From assembly GCF_000195755.1 (NCBI RefSeq), contig NC_002937.3, positions 2,970,001 through 3,002,000 on the forward strand: DNA of 32,000 nucleotides, read 5' to 3'. Under the pieces are notes generated by a model. It was given only the letters and a program-made list of their open reading frames with translations, was not told the DNA's origin and did not search any database. Source of the DNA: Nitratidesulfovibrio vulgaris str. Hildenborough (GTDB lineage Bacteria; Desulfobacterota; Desulfovibrionia; Desulfovibrionales; Desulfovibrionaceae). Every line of letters begins with the position of its first letter. Position 1 is the stretch's first letter. A program made the position numbers and the translations under genes. Positions 17,295 to 25,615 of this stretch are shown here, in pieces.

Positions 17295-17842
17295 GGCAGT
17301 AGCCTTCTGTCACGCAGGTAGCGCCACGCGGCCACGGCGGCGACAATCTTCAAGAGGTCTCCCGGCAGGAACGGCAGCACTCCCACGGCGAAGGCACGGC
17401 CCATGCCGATGTCCAGCACGGACATGAGGCGCAACGCACCAAGCCCGTAGGCGACGGCAAGTCCCGCAAGGGCCCACGCCGCCGCGACGACCACGGTCAT
17501 GCGCCCGCCTTCGCGGCGTCGCCCGCCCATGCCCGCACACCATGCCATGACGACGAACCCGGCAAGGTAGCCTCCGGTGGGCCCGAAGAGCACAGCCAGA
17601 CCGGACTTGCCACCGGCGAAGACCGGAAGCCCCAAGGCCCCCGCCGCGATGTACAGCAGCATGGCGTAGGCACCGCCGCGCGGGCCCAGCACGAATCCCG
17701 CCAGCAGCACGAACAGGGTCTGAAGGGTGACGGGCACCGGCCCGACGGGGATGACGGTCATGGCGCCCACGGCGATGAGGGCCGCCATGAGCGATGTCCA
17801 GACAAGACGATGGATGTCTGCGAGAGGCGATTCTGGCATCAT
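17291..17842 (-). CDS. bioY: BioY-family ECF substrate-specific (S) component, biotin transporter-like
   Basis: It reads IPVGPVPVTLQTLFVLLAGFVLGPRGG...GLPVFAGGKSGLAVLFGPTGGYLAGF, the characteristic BioY core. The start at ATGATG 17842/17839 follows GGAG. Confidence 0.88.
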   Translation of the reverse strand: MMPESPLADIHRLVWTSLMAALIAVGAMTVIPVGPVPVTLQTLFVLLAGFVLGPRGGAYAMLLYIAAGALGLPVFAGGKSGLAVLFGPTGGYLAGFVVMAWCAGMGGRRREGGRMTVVVAAAWALAGLAVAYGLGALRLMSVLDIGMGRAFAVGVLPFLPGDLLKIVAAVAAWRYLRDRRLLP

Positions 17843-18073
17843 GACTCCACAATGAGAATGAGCGTCCCGCGCTGGGTGGCTGAACGGACCGGCCTGCCCC
17901 GCACGGCGCACGACGCGGGAACAATAGGTGCGGCGGGGTGTACGGTCAATCGCTTCGCCGTCGCCCTCATGCCCGACTCCGGAGGGCACCCTCGGAAGCC
18001 CATCGCCGGGGTGGACGCCCCGCCGCCCCACCTGCTACTGGTGGCACGGCGCATGACGCGCCCCGGAGAACAC

Positions 18074-18736
18074 ATGGCCCTCACCACCTACACCCCTGTC
18101 ATCACCGTCTTCGCCGCCGGGCGCGAATGGACGCTCGAACGCGCCGCCGACCTCCAGACCCTCTGGGACAACATGGTGGAGGCCGACTTCGGCGACGACG
18201 AACGCCTTCCGTACTGGACGGAACTCTGGCCGTCGAGCCTCGTTCTGGCCGACTGGCTGCATGACAACGCCGGTCGCATCCGCGGCAGGACATGCCTCGA
18301 CATGGGGTGCGGGCTCGGCCTGTGCTCGCTGGTGGGACAGTGGCTCGGTGCCCGCGTGACGGGCATGGACTACGAACCCGAGGCCCTGTTCCACGCCCGC
18401 CGCAACGCCGAACGCAACCGGGTGCCGCAACCGCTGTGGACGGTCATGGACTGGCGCGCCCCCGCCGTGCGCCGTCATGCGGCAGACCTTGTATGGGGCG
18501 GCGACATCATGTACGAACGCCGCTTCGTCACACCGGTGCTCGACTTCCTCGACCACGTGCTGGCCCCTTGCGGCGCGGCGTGGGTGGCGGAACCGGGGCG
18601 AACCGTGTACAACCACTTTCGCGAAACGCTCGACGCGCGAGGCTGGCATGCCCGCAGGGTGCTCTCGTCGGAGACAGCATCCCTCTACGAACAGCCGGAG
18701 AGCGTCACCGTCCACCTCTGGGAAATCACCCGCTAG
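18074..18736 (+). CDS. Class I SAM-dependent methyltransferase (Methyltransf_16 / protein-lysine-MTase-like)
   Basis: It has LPYWTELWPSSLVLADWL followed by SAM motif I CLDMGCGLGLCSL and then the acidic motif VTGMDYEP. The start at ATG 18074 has GGAG 5 nt upstream. Confidence 0.7.
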   Translation: MALTTYTPVITVFAAGREWTLERAADLQTLWDNMVEADFGDDERLPYWTELWPSSLVLADWLHDNAGRIRGRTCLDMGCGLGLCSLVGQWLGARVTGMDYEPEALFHARRNAERNRVPQPLWTVMDWRAPAVRRHAADLVWGGDIMYERRFVTPVLDFLDHVLAPCGAAWVAEPGRTVYNHFRETLDARGWHARRVLSSETASLYEQPESVTVHLWEITR

Positions 18737-18754
18737 ACCAACGAAGGAGCCGCC

Positions 18755-19174
18755 ATGGGACGCACCATCCGCTTCGGCGTATCACTCGACTCCGAGCTTC
18801 TGGACAAGTTCGATGTCCTCTGCGATGAACGCTGCTACCAGACCCGTTCCGAAGCCATCCGCGACCTCATCCGCAACACGCTGGTTCAGCAGGAATGGGA
18901 AGACACCGACCGCGAAATCGCCGGTACGCTCACCCTCGTCTACGACCACCACAAGAGCGACCTCGCACAGCGACTCACCGAGATACAGCACGACGTGCAC
19001 GACATCATCATCACCTCGCTGCATGTGCACCTCGACCATTACAACTGCCTTGAAGTGCTCGTCCTCAAGGGCCCCGGCCAGCAGGTGCGCAACCTCGCGC
19101 AACGGCTCATATCCACCAAGGGCGTGAAGCACGGCAAGCTTTCGCTCACCACAACCGGACAGGACCTCACCTAG
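18755..19174 (+). CDS. nikR: Nickel-responsive transcriptional regulator NikR
   Basis: The N-terminus is ribbon-helix-helix ([15 protein letters not shown]...[10 protein letters not shown]). The C-terminal metal-binding domain has the conserved Ni ligands in HDVHD...[10 protein letters not shown] and is collinear with E. coli NikR. Confidence 0.9.
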   Translation: MGRTIRFGVSLDSELLDKFDVLCDERCYQTRSEAIRDLIRNTLVQQEWEDTDREIAGTLTLVYDHHKSDLAQRLTEIQHDVHDIIITSLHVHLDHYNCLEVLVLKGPGQQVRNLAQRLISTKGVKHGKLSLTTTGQDLT

Positions 19175-19178
19175 CATC

Positions 19179-19979
19179 ATGGAAATGGAAGACGTACAGA
19201 ACAGCCCGGCACAGGTGGCCATGCCCATCGACCGCGTGGGCGTGAAGAACCTCCAGTTGCCCCTTGTGGTCAGCGACAGGGCGCAGGGCCGCCAGCACAC
19301 CGTCGCCACCGTCGACATCGGCGTCGACCTGCCCGCCCACTTCAAGGGCACGCATATGAGCCGCTTCGTCGAGGCTCTCGAGAACTGGACCGAAGAACTG
19401 GACTACGCCAGCATGAAGCGCCTGCTCGAAGACGTGAAGACACGTCTCGAGGCACGCAAGGCCTATGTGCTCTTCAGGTTCCCGTATTTCATCCGCAAGA
19501 AGGCCCCTGCCACGGGCAGCCCCGGTCTCGTCTGCTACCAGTGCCGCCTCACCGGTGAACTGGAGGAGGGACGCCCCTCGTTCCTGCTGGAGGTCGAGGT
19601 CCCGGTCATGACCGTGTGTCCGTGCTCCAAGGCCATCAGCGACGAGGGCGCGCACAGCCAGCGGGCCGTGGTGCGCATCGCCGTTCGCATGACGCGCTTC
19701 AGCTGGCTTGAGGAGTTCATCGACCTTGCCGAGGTGTCGGGTTCATCGCCCGTGTACACCCTGCTCAAGCGCGAGGACGAGAAGTACGTCACCGAAGACG
19801 CCTTCGCCCACCCCACCTTCGTGGAGGACGTGGTACGCGCTGCCGCACAACGTCTTGAACGCCATCCGCAGATTTCGTGGTTCCGCGTCGAGGTGGAAAG
19901 CTTCGAATCCATCCATTGCCACAACGCCTTCGCCAGCATCGAGCGCACCATCACCCCCGAAACGCAACCGGGTAGCTGA
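19179..19979 (+). CDS. folE2: GTP cyclohydrolase FolE2 (GCYH-IB / MptA family)
   Basis: It is collinear with Neisseria GCYH-IB as I remember it: [73 protein letters not shown]. Confidence 0.92.
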   Translation: MEMEDVQNSPAQVAMPIDRVGVKNLQLPLVVSDRAQGRQHTVATVDIGVDLPAHFKGTHMSRFVEALENWTEELDYASMKRLLEDVKTRLEARKAYVLFRFPYFIRKKAPATGSPGLVCYQCRLTGELEEGRPSFLLEVEVPVMTVCPCSKAISDEGAHSQRAVVRIAVRMTRFSWLEEFIDLAEVSGSSPVYTLLKREDEKYVTEDAFAHPTFVEDVVRAAAQRLERHPQISWFRVEVESFESIHCHNAFASIERTITPETQPGS

Positions 19980-20026
19980 CAAACCGTCCCGCGCGTCTTA
20001 TCTGAACGATAGACGTGGAGGCAGCC

Positions 20027-20404
20027 ATGCGCATCGACACCGGATGGGCCGCCCTTGACGCCTTCGGCATCGGCCTTGGCGTCACGGCCAACAACATCGC
20101 CAACGTGAACACGGATGGCTTTCGCGCCTCGCAGACCCGGTACGAGACCGGGCCGGGCGGCGAAGGGGTGCGCTTGGGCGAGATTCGCGAAAGCACGACA
20201 CCCGGCCCCCTGCATGAGGGCATGGGCATCGTCGAACGCGAAGGACGCATGGAACAGCAGCGCGTACTCGTCGAGGGCAGCAACACCGACACAGCGCGCG
20301 AGATGGTCTCGATGATGGAGACACAGCGTGCCCATGAGGCCAACGTCGCCTCCATACGCGCCCACGACGACATGACGGGAGTGGTGCTGGACATCATGGT
20401 CTGA
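20027..20404 (+). CDS. Minimal flagellar basal-body rod-family protein (125 aa)
   Basis: The N-terminal rod signature is TANNIANVNTDGFRA and the C-terminal rod/hook motif is SNTDTAREMVSMMETQRAHEANVASI. Only about 55 aa lie between them. GGAGG sits 5 nt upstream of ATG 20027. Confidence 0.7.
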   Translation: MRIDTGWAALDAFGIGLGVTANNIANVNTDGFRASQTRYETGPGGEGVRLGEIRESTTPGPLHEGMGIVEREGRMEQQRVLVEGSNTDTAREMVSMMETQRAHEANVASIRAHDDMTGVVLDIMV

Positions 20405-20433
20405 CCCCCCGTCCCCGACCCGCATGAACGTAC

Positions 20434-20470
20434 CGCGCCGGATGCCCACTACAGGTATCCGGCGCGTTTG
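20434..20470 (+). terminator. Rho-independent terminator after the rod-like gene
   Basis: CGCGCCGGAT-gcccactacaggt-ATCCGGCGCG is a perfect 10-bp stem followed by TTTG. It starts 30 nt after the stop codon. Confidence 0.55.
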
Positions 20471-20681
20471 CGTCGACGCCTTGCATGAAGCCCGCCCCCG
20501 CAAGCCTGTGCCGCACCCGTCGCGTCGGCAGCATGATGGAAGGGGACTCCCATGCCATGAATCGCGTCTTCTCCACACCCGGAAGCTGCGGATGACGCAA
20601 CTTCGCTTGACTTCATGTCATGTAATTGACAGTTAGAGTCTGTGGCTGTCCGGAACGCCGGTTGCCCGACGAGGAGGGAGG

Positions 20682-21731
20682 ATGGAGATAGACACCTGTG
20701 GCATCATCGGGCAGAGCACCACGCTCTGTCAGGTGTTCCGCATGCTCGGCAAGGTGGCCCCCACCGACAGCACGGTGCTGGTCACCGGCGAATCGGGAAC
20801 CGGCAAGGAACTGCTGGTGCGTGCCCTGCACGCCAACAGCCAGCGGGCCCAGCAGCCATTCGTGCCCATCAACTGCGGGGCCATCCCGAAAGACCTGCTC
20901 GAGTCCGAGTTGTTCGGCCACGAGAAGGGAGCCTTCACGCACGCCATCCGCTCGCGCCCCGGACGTTTCGAACTGGCCGACGGAGGTACCATCTTCCTCG
21001 ACGAAATCGGCGAGATGGACCTCATGCTCCAGGTCAAGATCCTGCGCGTGTTGCAGGAGAAGGAGATCGAACGGGTCGGCGGCACGGGTACGAAGAAGGT
21101 CGACGTGCGCATCGTCGCCGCCACCAACCGCGACCTCGAACGTGAAGTGGCCGCAGGGCGCTTCCGCGAGGACCTCTACTACCGCCTGAACGTCATCCCC
21201 CTGCACCTGCCGCCCCTGCGCGAACGCGGCGGCGACATCCTCGTGCTGGCGGAACACTTCCTCGAACGGTTCTGCGAACGCAAACAGCGTGCAAGACTCG
21301 CCCTCGCCCCCGACACCCGCAAGGTGCTCGCCGCCTACTCATGGCCCGGCAACATCCGTGAACTCGAGAATTTCATGGAGCGCGTGAGCATCCTTGCCGA
21401 GGGTGACATCGTCGACCCCGCCGACCTGCCCCGCAAACTCCTCGACGAGGTGGGCGACATCGTCACCCTGCCGGAACCCGCGCCGGTGGCCCCCGCAGCA
21501 CACGCCGCAGACGTATGCCGTCCTGCGGGCGGCGGGTTCGACTGGCCCACCATCGCGGACATGCGCCAACGGGGCATGGGGCTGAAGGATTTTCTCGACA
21601 CCATGGAGGACAGACTCCTTCAGGAGGCGCTCGCCATGGCGGAGGGCGTGAAGAATCAGGCTGCGGAGATACTGGGCATCAAACGCACCACCCTCATCGA
21701 GAAGCTCAAGAAGAAACGCCCCGACGCCTGA
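20682..21731 (+). CDS. Sigma-54-dependent transcriptional activator (AAA+ EBP + Fis-type HTH) lacking an N-terminal sensory or receiver domain
   Basis: The protein starts directly at the AAA+ core (IIGQSTTL; Walker A GESGTGKE; Walker B FLDEIGEM; RIVAATN; YYRLNV; [11 protein letters not shown]). The C-terminal HTH is [20 protein letters not shown]. The L1 loop reads GAFTHA rather than GAFTGA. A strong SD, GAGGAGGGAGG, precedes the start. Confidence 0.9.
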   Translation: MEIDTCGIIGQSTTLCQVFRMLGKVAPTDSTVLVTGESGTGKELLVRALHANSQRAQQPFVPINCGAIPKDLLESELFGHEKGAFTHAIRSRPGRFELADGGTIFLDEIGEMDLMLQVKILRVLQEKEIERVGGTGTKKVDVRIVAATNRDLEREVAAGRFREDLYYRLNVIPLHLPPLRERGGDILVLAEHFLERFCERKQRARLALAPDTRKVLAAYSWPGNIRELENFMERVSILAEGDIVDPADLPRKLLDEVGDIVTLPEPAPVAPAAHAADVCRPAGGGFDWPTIADMRQRGMGLKDFLDTMEDRLLQEALAMAEGVKNQAAEILGIKRTTLIEKLKKKRPDA

Positions 21732-22060
21732 CCCGGCACCCGGCAGGTGCCCGACCGGATGCCCCGACACATCGACAGACTCGAACGGGGTGCCGAAGGC
21801 CGTGAACACAGGCTGCCCCGAGGCGCGAAGACGGCGCAGGACGAGAGGGACAGACGGCGAAGCAGCTGTCGACGACGGCCCGACATGCCCCTCTCGGCAG
21901 GGGCGTCAGACACACGGCGGAACGCCTGCACCGTTCAGGGGCACTCCCTGAAGGTTCAGGAAGACACGCCGGGCGACGCGCATGAAGACACTCCGGGGAC
22001 TCGTTTCCCGGAACATGGCAGACCTTCAACATTGCACGGTTCTTGCTTGCGAAACCCGTG

Positions 22061-25000
22061 ATGCGAAAGACACCCGCCGGTCTTGCCCGGTTCCTCCTTG
22101 CGGCATGGCTTATCCTGCCGCCCATGGCCCACGAAGCGTTCGCCGCCTCGTGGCAGTGGGCGTCGATGCCGCGTCGGGAACGTGTCACCATCGCCCTCGA
22201 CGCGCCGCAGGCAGACATTCGCCACAGCCGTACGGGGCGGCAGGAGATAACGCTTCCGCTTGGGGGGTCGGGTCTGCTGCAACGTACCGGGCCAACCCCG
22301 GCGTCGGCCCGCATTCTCGACGACGTGAAGGTCGAGGGGGCAGACGTCCGCATCTCCACCCGCACCCCGGGCTTCGGCTACATACTCACCCGCCCCGACC
22401 CAGGGCATGTCGTCATCGACCTTTTTGAAGACCCGCTTGGCAACTCGTGGCAGCCGGATACCACGGCACCTGCCGCGACAGCGACAGCGGCGACCGCAAC
22501 CGCCCCGGCGACAACTGCACCAGTTGGACAAGCGGCGGAGGCGATGGCGCCACAGGCGCCACAGACCACCGTCACACCGCAACGCCCCTCTGCCCAGACG
22601 GAGGCGGCACCTGCTGCGCCCGCCCCAGTGGCCCCTCCAGTGGCACCCCCTGCGCCGCTCAAATCACGTGGCATCGTGGAGACGCCCCTTACAGACGCCC
22701 GGCCCGTCACAGGGACCGTGAGCGGACAACTGGCCCCCGGCAACCCCGTCACCCCGCTTCCGGCGCAGGAACCGGCTGCGCCGACAGCCGATGCGGCCCC
22801 GGCACCCGGCCCCACCACCGCCCCGCCGCCCCTGCCCGCCCCGCACACGGGGGCCGACAGGCAGCGTGCCTACTTCACGGTCCCCTACGCACTGCGGGGA
22901 CGCGTCAACTTCGGCGGCCCCGAAGACTGGCCACAGGAACAGGCCGTTTCGGCTTCGTTCGGTGCGCCGCAAGGCAATGCCACCAACGGTGCCACAGCAC
23001 AGGCTGACAATGCAGTGGGCGGGCGCATGGCCCCCCGTGACGGCACCGCCGTCACAGCCCCCGCCGGGACCCCGCAGCAGCCCGCCGGACAGGCAACGGC
23101 TGACCAGACAGCGCAGGGACAGACTGCCGACGCCCCCGCGCCGCTGCAACCCGTCACCCCGCAGGCCGACCCCACGGCACAGGCCAGCGCCTCCGCGCCC
23201 GCCAATGCCACGGTCGCCCATTCTCCCGCAGGCAACGGCACGGCAGCCAACGCCACCGGCGTGGTCTATGTGGACGAGAAGGGCAATCCCGTTCCCCCGC
23301 CACCCGACCCGCCACAGTTGCTGGCAGAGGCAAAGAGCCTCATCTCCACCAAGGACTGGCCCGGTGCGCTGGAACGTCTCGGTCTGCTCAAGGGGTTGCC
23401 CGACATCCCGTCCGACATGCGCGAGGAAGTGCTCTACCTCATCAGTGACACGCTCTTCGCCCAGCACAAGGACACCATCCTCGAGGGCTACGAGAGCATC
23501 ATGGACGCCACCAGCGAAGCCATGAACTACAATATCCGCTCGCCGCGGGTGCCGCTGGCCCTGCTGCGCCTCGGCCTTCTCAATCTGCGGGCCGGCAACA
23601 CGCGCGAGGCCGAAGCCTACTTCGCGCTGATGAAGCGCCAGTACCCGCACGACGACAACATCCCCCTCGCCTACTTCTATCTTGGCGAAGACCAGTTCAG
23701 GAAGGGCCAGTACCAGAAGGCCGCCGACCAGTTCCAGTACATCCTGCAGAACCACCCCGAAAGCCGCTACGTACGCGAATCGTCGGTGTTCCTTGCACGG
23801 TCGCTGCACCGCCTCGGCTACCTCGAACAGGCGTCTGCCATCATGGACTTCGTGGACAAGCGCTGGCCGCGCCTCTACCTCGAAACCCCCGAATACCTGC
23901 TCATGGCCGCCGACGTGGAGACGCAGACAGGGCGTCTCGACCAGGCCCGCGCCTCATACTGGACGTACTTCAACATCCACCCCGAAGGTGCGGAGAACGA
24001 CGTGGTGCTTGCCAAGCTTGGCGACATCTACGCGCAGCAGAAACAGGACAAGGCCGCCCGCGAAATCTATGAAGAGGCCCTGCGACGCTTCCCCGACAAG
24101 GACGGCGGGCTCATCGCCCTGCTTCGCCTCACGGAACAGGGCATCTATGACAAGCCCGATGTGGCAGCCATGTTCTCGGTCTTCGATAAGCCCGGCGCCA
24201 GCGACCCCGCAGAGGCGTACAACCGCATCATCGAGGGACATCCGAAAAGCGCCCTGGTCCCCATGGCCCGCATCAAGCTCGCCATGTGGCACCTGTGGAA
24301 GCAGAAGTACCCCGAAGCCCTCGAAGCCATGGCCGAATTCGCCGCACAGCACGGCAAGCACGAACTGCTGGACAAGGCACGCGAGGTGGCCGTACGCGCC
24401 TTCGGCTTGCTCGCCGCAGACGCCGTCAAGGAAGGCGATTACGACAGGGTGCTGCGATTCTGGGAAGACTACCCCATCGTCCGTGAACAGGCGAAGAACT
24501 TCGGCCCCGAACTCAGGCTCGCTCTTGGCATGAGCTTCTGGAAGAAGGACAGGCCGGGCCAGGCGCTGGAAGTGCTTGAACCGCTCATCAAGCAACCGCC
24601 CGACGCCAAGTACGGTGAGGCGGCCATGAACCTCTCGCTCACGGTCTACCTCGGCACCGAAAGCTGGCAGCCCATCCTCGACCTCGCCAATAACGTCGCG
24701 GGCTGGAAGCTCTCGCCCCCGGCGCAGCGCCAGCGCGACTATGCCGTGGCGCTCGCCCATGAGAACCTGAAGCAGCAGGACAAGTCCGTTCCCCTGTGGG
24801 AGAAGCTGGACAAGGACCCCGACCTGCCCGAAGACCAGAAGGCCTATGTCACCTTCTTCCTCTCCCGTGACGCCGAACGCAAACGCGACCTCCAGCAGGC
24901 ATACCTGCTCAACAAGGACGCCCTCGCCCGGTTCGTGGCCCTCGGAGAGAAGGACAAGGAAAAGGCCGACAACGCCCGCATCCGCGACTGCATCGCCTCG

Positions 25001-25273
25001 CTGATGGACATCACCGAAGCGGCGGGACGCACCCGTGAGGCCCTCGACTGGGCAGGGCAGTTCGCCCATTACCTCACCAAGGACACGCCCGAGTACACCG
25101 CACTGGACTACCGGGTGGCGCGGCTGCACCGCAAGCTGGGCGACCTCGGCGAATGGCGACGCATCCTCGACGGCATCATCGCCAAGGAACCTGACTCGGT
25201 CTACGGCAAGATGGCCGCGTCGGAACTTCGCACCTACGACGTGACGCGCGGTGCATCCTCATTCACCAACTGA
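22061..25273 (+). CDS. Large secreted/periplasmic protein: signal peptide + AMIN-like domain + ~280-aa Pro/Ala/Thr-rich linker + ~650-aa TPR array
   Basis: The signal peptide is MRKTPAGLARFLLAAWLILPPMAHEAFA. The AMIN-like segment reads RVTIALD...DVRISTRTPGFGYILTRPDPGHVVIDLF. The low-complexity region covers roughly nt 22450-23300. Repeated TPR/YbgF-like helices follow (e.g. AEAYFALMKRQYPHDDNIPLAYFYLGEDQFRKGQYQKAADQFQYILQNHPESRYV). The start codon is uncertain (ATG 22061, GTG 22058 or TTG 22043). Confidence 0.75.
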   Translation: MRKTPAGLARFLLAAWLILPPMAHEAFAASWQWASMPRRERVTIALDAPQADIRHSRTGRQEITLPLGGSGLLQRTGPTPASARILDDVKVEGADVRISTRTPGFGYILTRPDPGHVVIDLFEDPLGNSWQPDTTAPAATATAATATAPATTAPVGQAAEAMAPQAPQTTVTPQRPSAQTEAAPAAPAPVAPPVAPPAPLKSRGIVETPLTDARPVTGTVSGQLAPGNPVTPLPAQEPAAPTADAAPAPGPTTAPPPLPAPHTGADRQRAYFTVPYALRGRVNFGGPEDWPQEQAVSASFGAPQGNATNGATAQADNAVGGRMAPRDGTAVTAPAGTPQQPAGQATADQTAQGQTADAPAPLQPVTPQADPTAQASASAPANATVAHSPAGNGTAANATGVVYVDEKGNPVPPPPDPPQLLAEAKSLISTKDWPGALERLGLLKGLPDIPSDMREEVLYLISDTLFAQHKDTILEGYESIMDATSEAMNYNIRSPRVPLALLRLGLLNLRAGNTREAEAYFALMKRQYPHDDNIPLAYFYLGEDQFRKGQYQKAADQFQYILQNHPESRYVRESSVFLARSLHRLGYLEQASAIMDFVDKRWPRLYLETPEYLLMAADVETQTGRLDQARASYWTYFNIHPEGAENDVVLAKLGDIYAQQKQDKAAREIYEEALRRFPDKDGGLIALLRLTEQGIYDKPDVAAMFSVFDKPGASDPAEAYNRIIEGHPKSALVPMARIKLAMWHLWKQKYPEALEAMAEFAAQHGKHELLDKAREVAVRAFGLLAADAVKEGDYDRVLRFWEDYPIVREQAKNFGPELRLALGMSFWKKDRPGQALEVLEPLIKQPPDAKYGEAAMNLSLTVYLGTESWQPILDLANNVAGWKLSPPAQRQRDYAVALAHENLKQQDKSVPLWEKLDKDPDLPEDQKAYVTFFLSRDAERKRDLQQAYLLNKDALARFVALGEKDKEKADNARIRDCIASLMDITEAAGRTREALDWAGQFAHYLTKDTPEYTALDYRVARLHRKLGDLGEWRRILDGIIAKEPDSVYGKMAASELRTYDVTRGASSFTN

Positions 25274-25615
25274 CCTTTGCGCGCACCGGACTTCGCGCCT
25301 GTCGACAGATGGGCATCATGGCCACCGCACAGCCGACTGCGCGCAGCCCGGGCGTCCTACGTTCGGAACGCCACGCCACGGGCAGACGTGCAGATGAGCG
25401 GACTGTCCGCACGTACGACGGGCGACCACGTGGGCAGAAGACAGCACGACCGTCCGGTCGTGCCAAAGGTCCGGAGACGACCATACCTTCAGCCCGCCGC
25501 ACGATGTACGTGATGCCGCATACGGCATTGCCTCCGGCACCGCATTTCGGGTAACAGATGGGCATGGCACCCTGTCACGCCCCTCACCCGTGGGGCTAGC
25601 CCTGTGGGAGGCTCC

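Noticed and set aside
18042-18057. Sigma-54 promoter-like TGGCACGGCGCATGAC upstream of the methyltransferase-nikR-folE2 operon
   Set aside because: The -24 element is perfect, but the -12 element is ATGA instead of TTGC, so the conserved C is lost. The predicted TSS would fall on or after the SD at 18065-18068.
17843-18073. Search for NikR or BirA operators in the bioY / methyltransferase divergent region
   Set aside because: I found no extended inverted repeat of the NikR (GTATGA-N16-TCATAC-like) or BirA type, only 5-bp stems and a tandem AATGAG-AATGAG. I cannot claim an operator from the sequence alone.
22032-22047. Sigma-54 promoter-like TTGCACGGTTCTTGCT upstream of the AMIN-TPR gene
   Set aside because: It matches TGGCACG-N4-TTGCW except at the near-invariant -24 GG, which is TG here. 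It would also put the TSS only a few nt from the ATG at 22061. The nearby TGGCA...TTGCA pair at 22016-22036 has spacing 5 nt too long.
23954-25129. 391-aa minus-strand ORF inside the TPR gene; likewise 22664..23809 (-)
   Set aside because: They are antisense to a frame with clear signal peptide and TPR periodicity, and their composition is implausible.
25305-25565. 12-mer ACAGATGGGCAT present twice (25305 and 25554); also 11-mer GCATAACCCAG at 29074 and 30374
   Set aside because: For a 32-kb window, dozens of exact 11-12-mer coincidences are expected by chance (about N^2/2 x 4^-k). Without extended similarity these are not evidence of repeats or shared operators.
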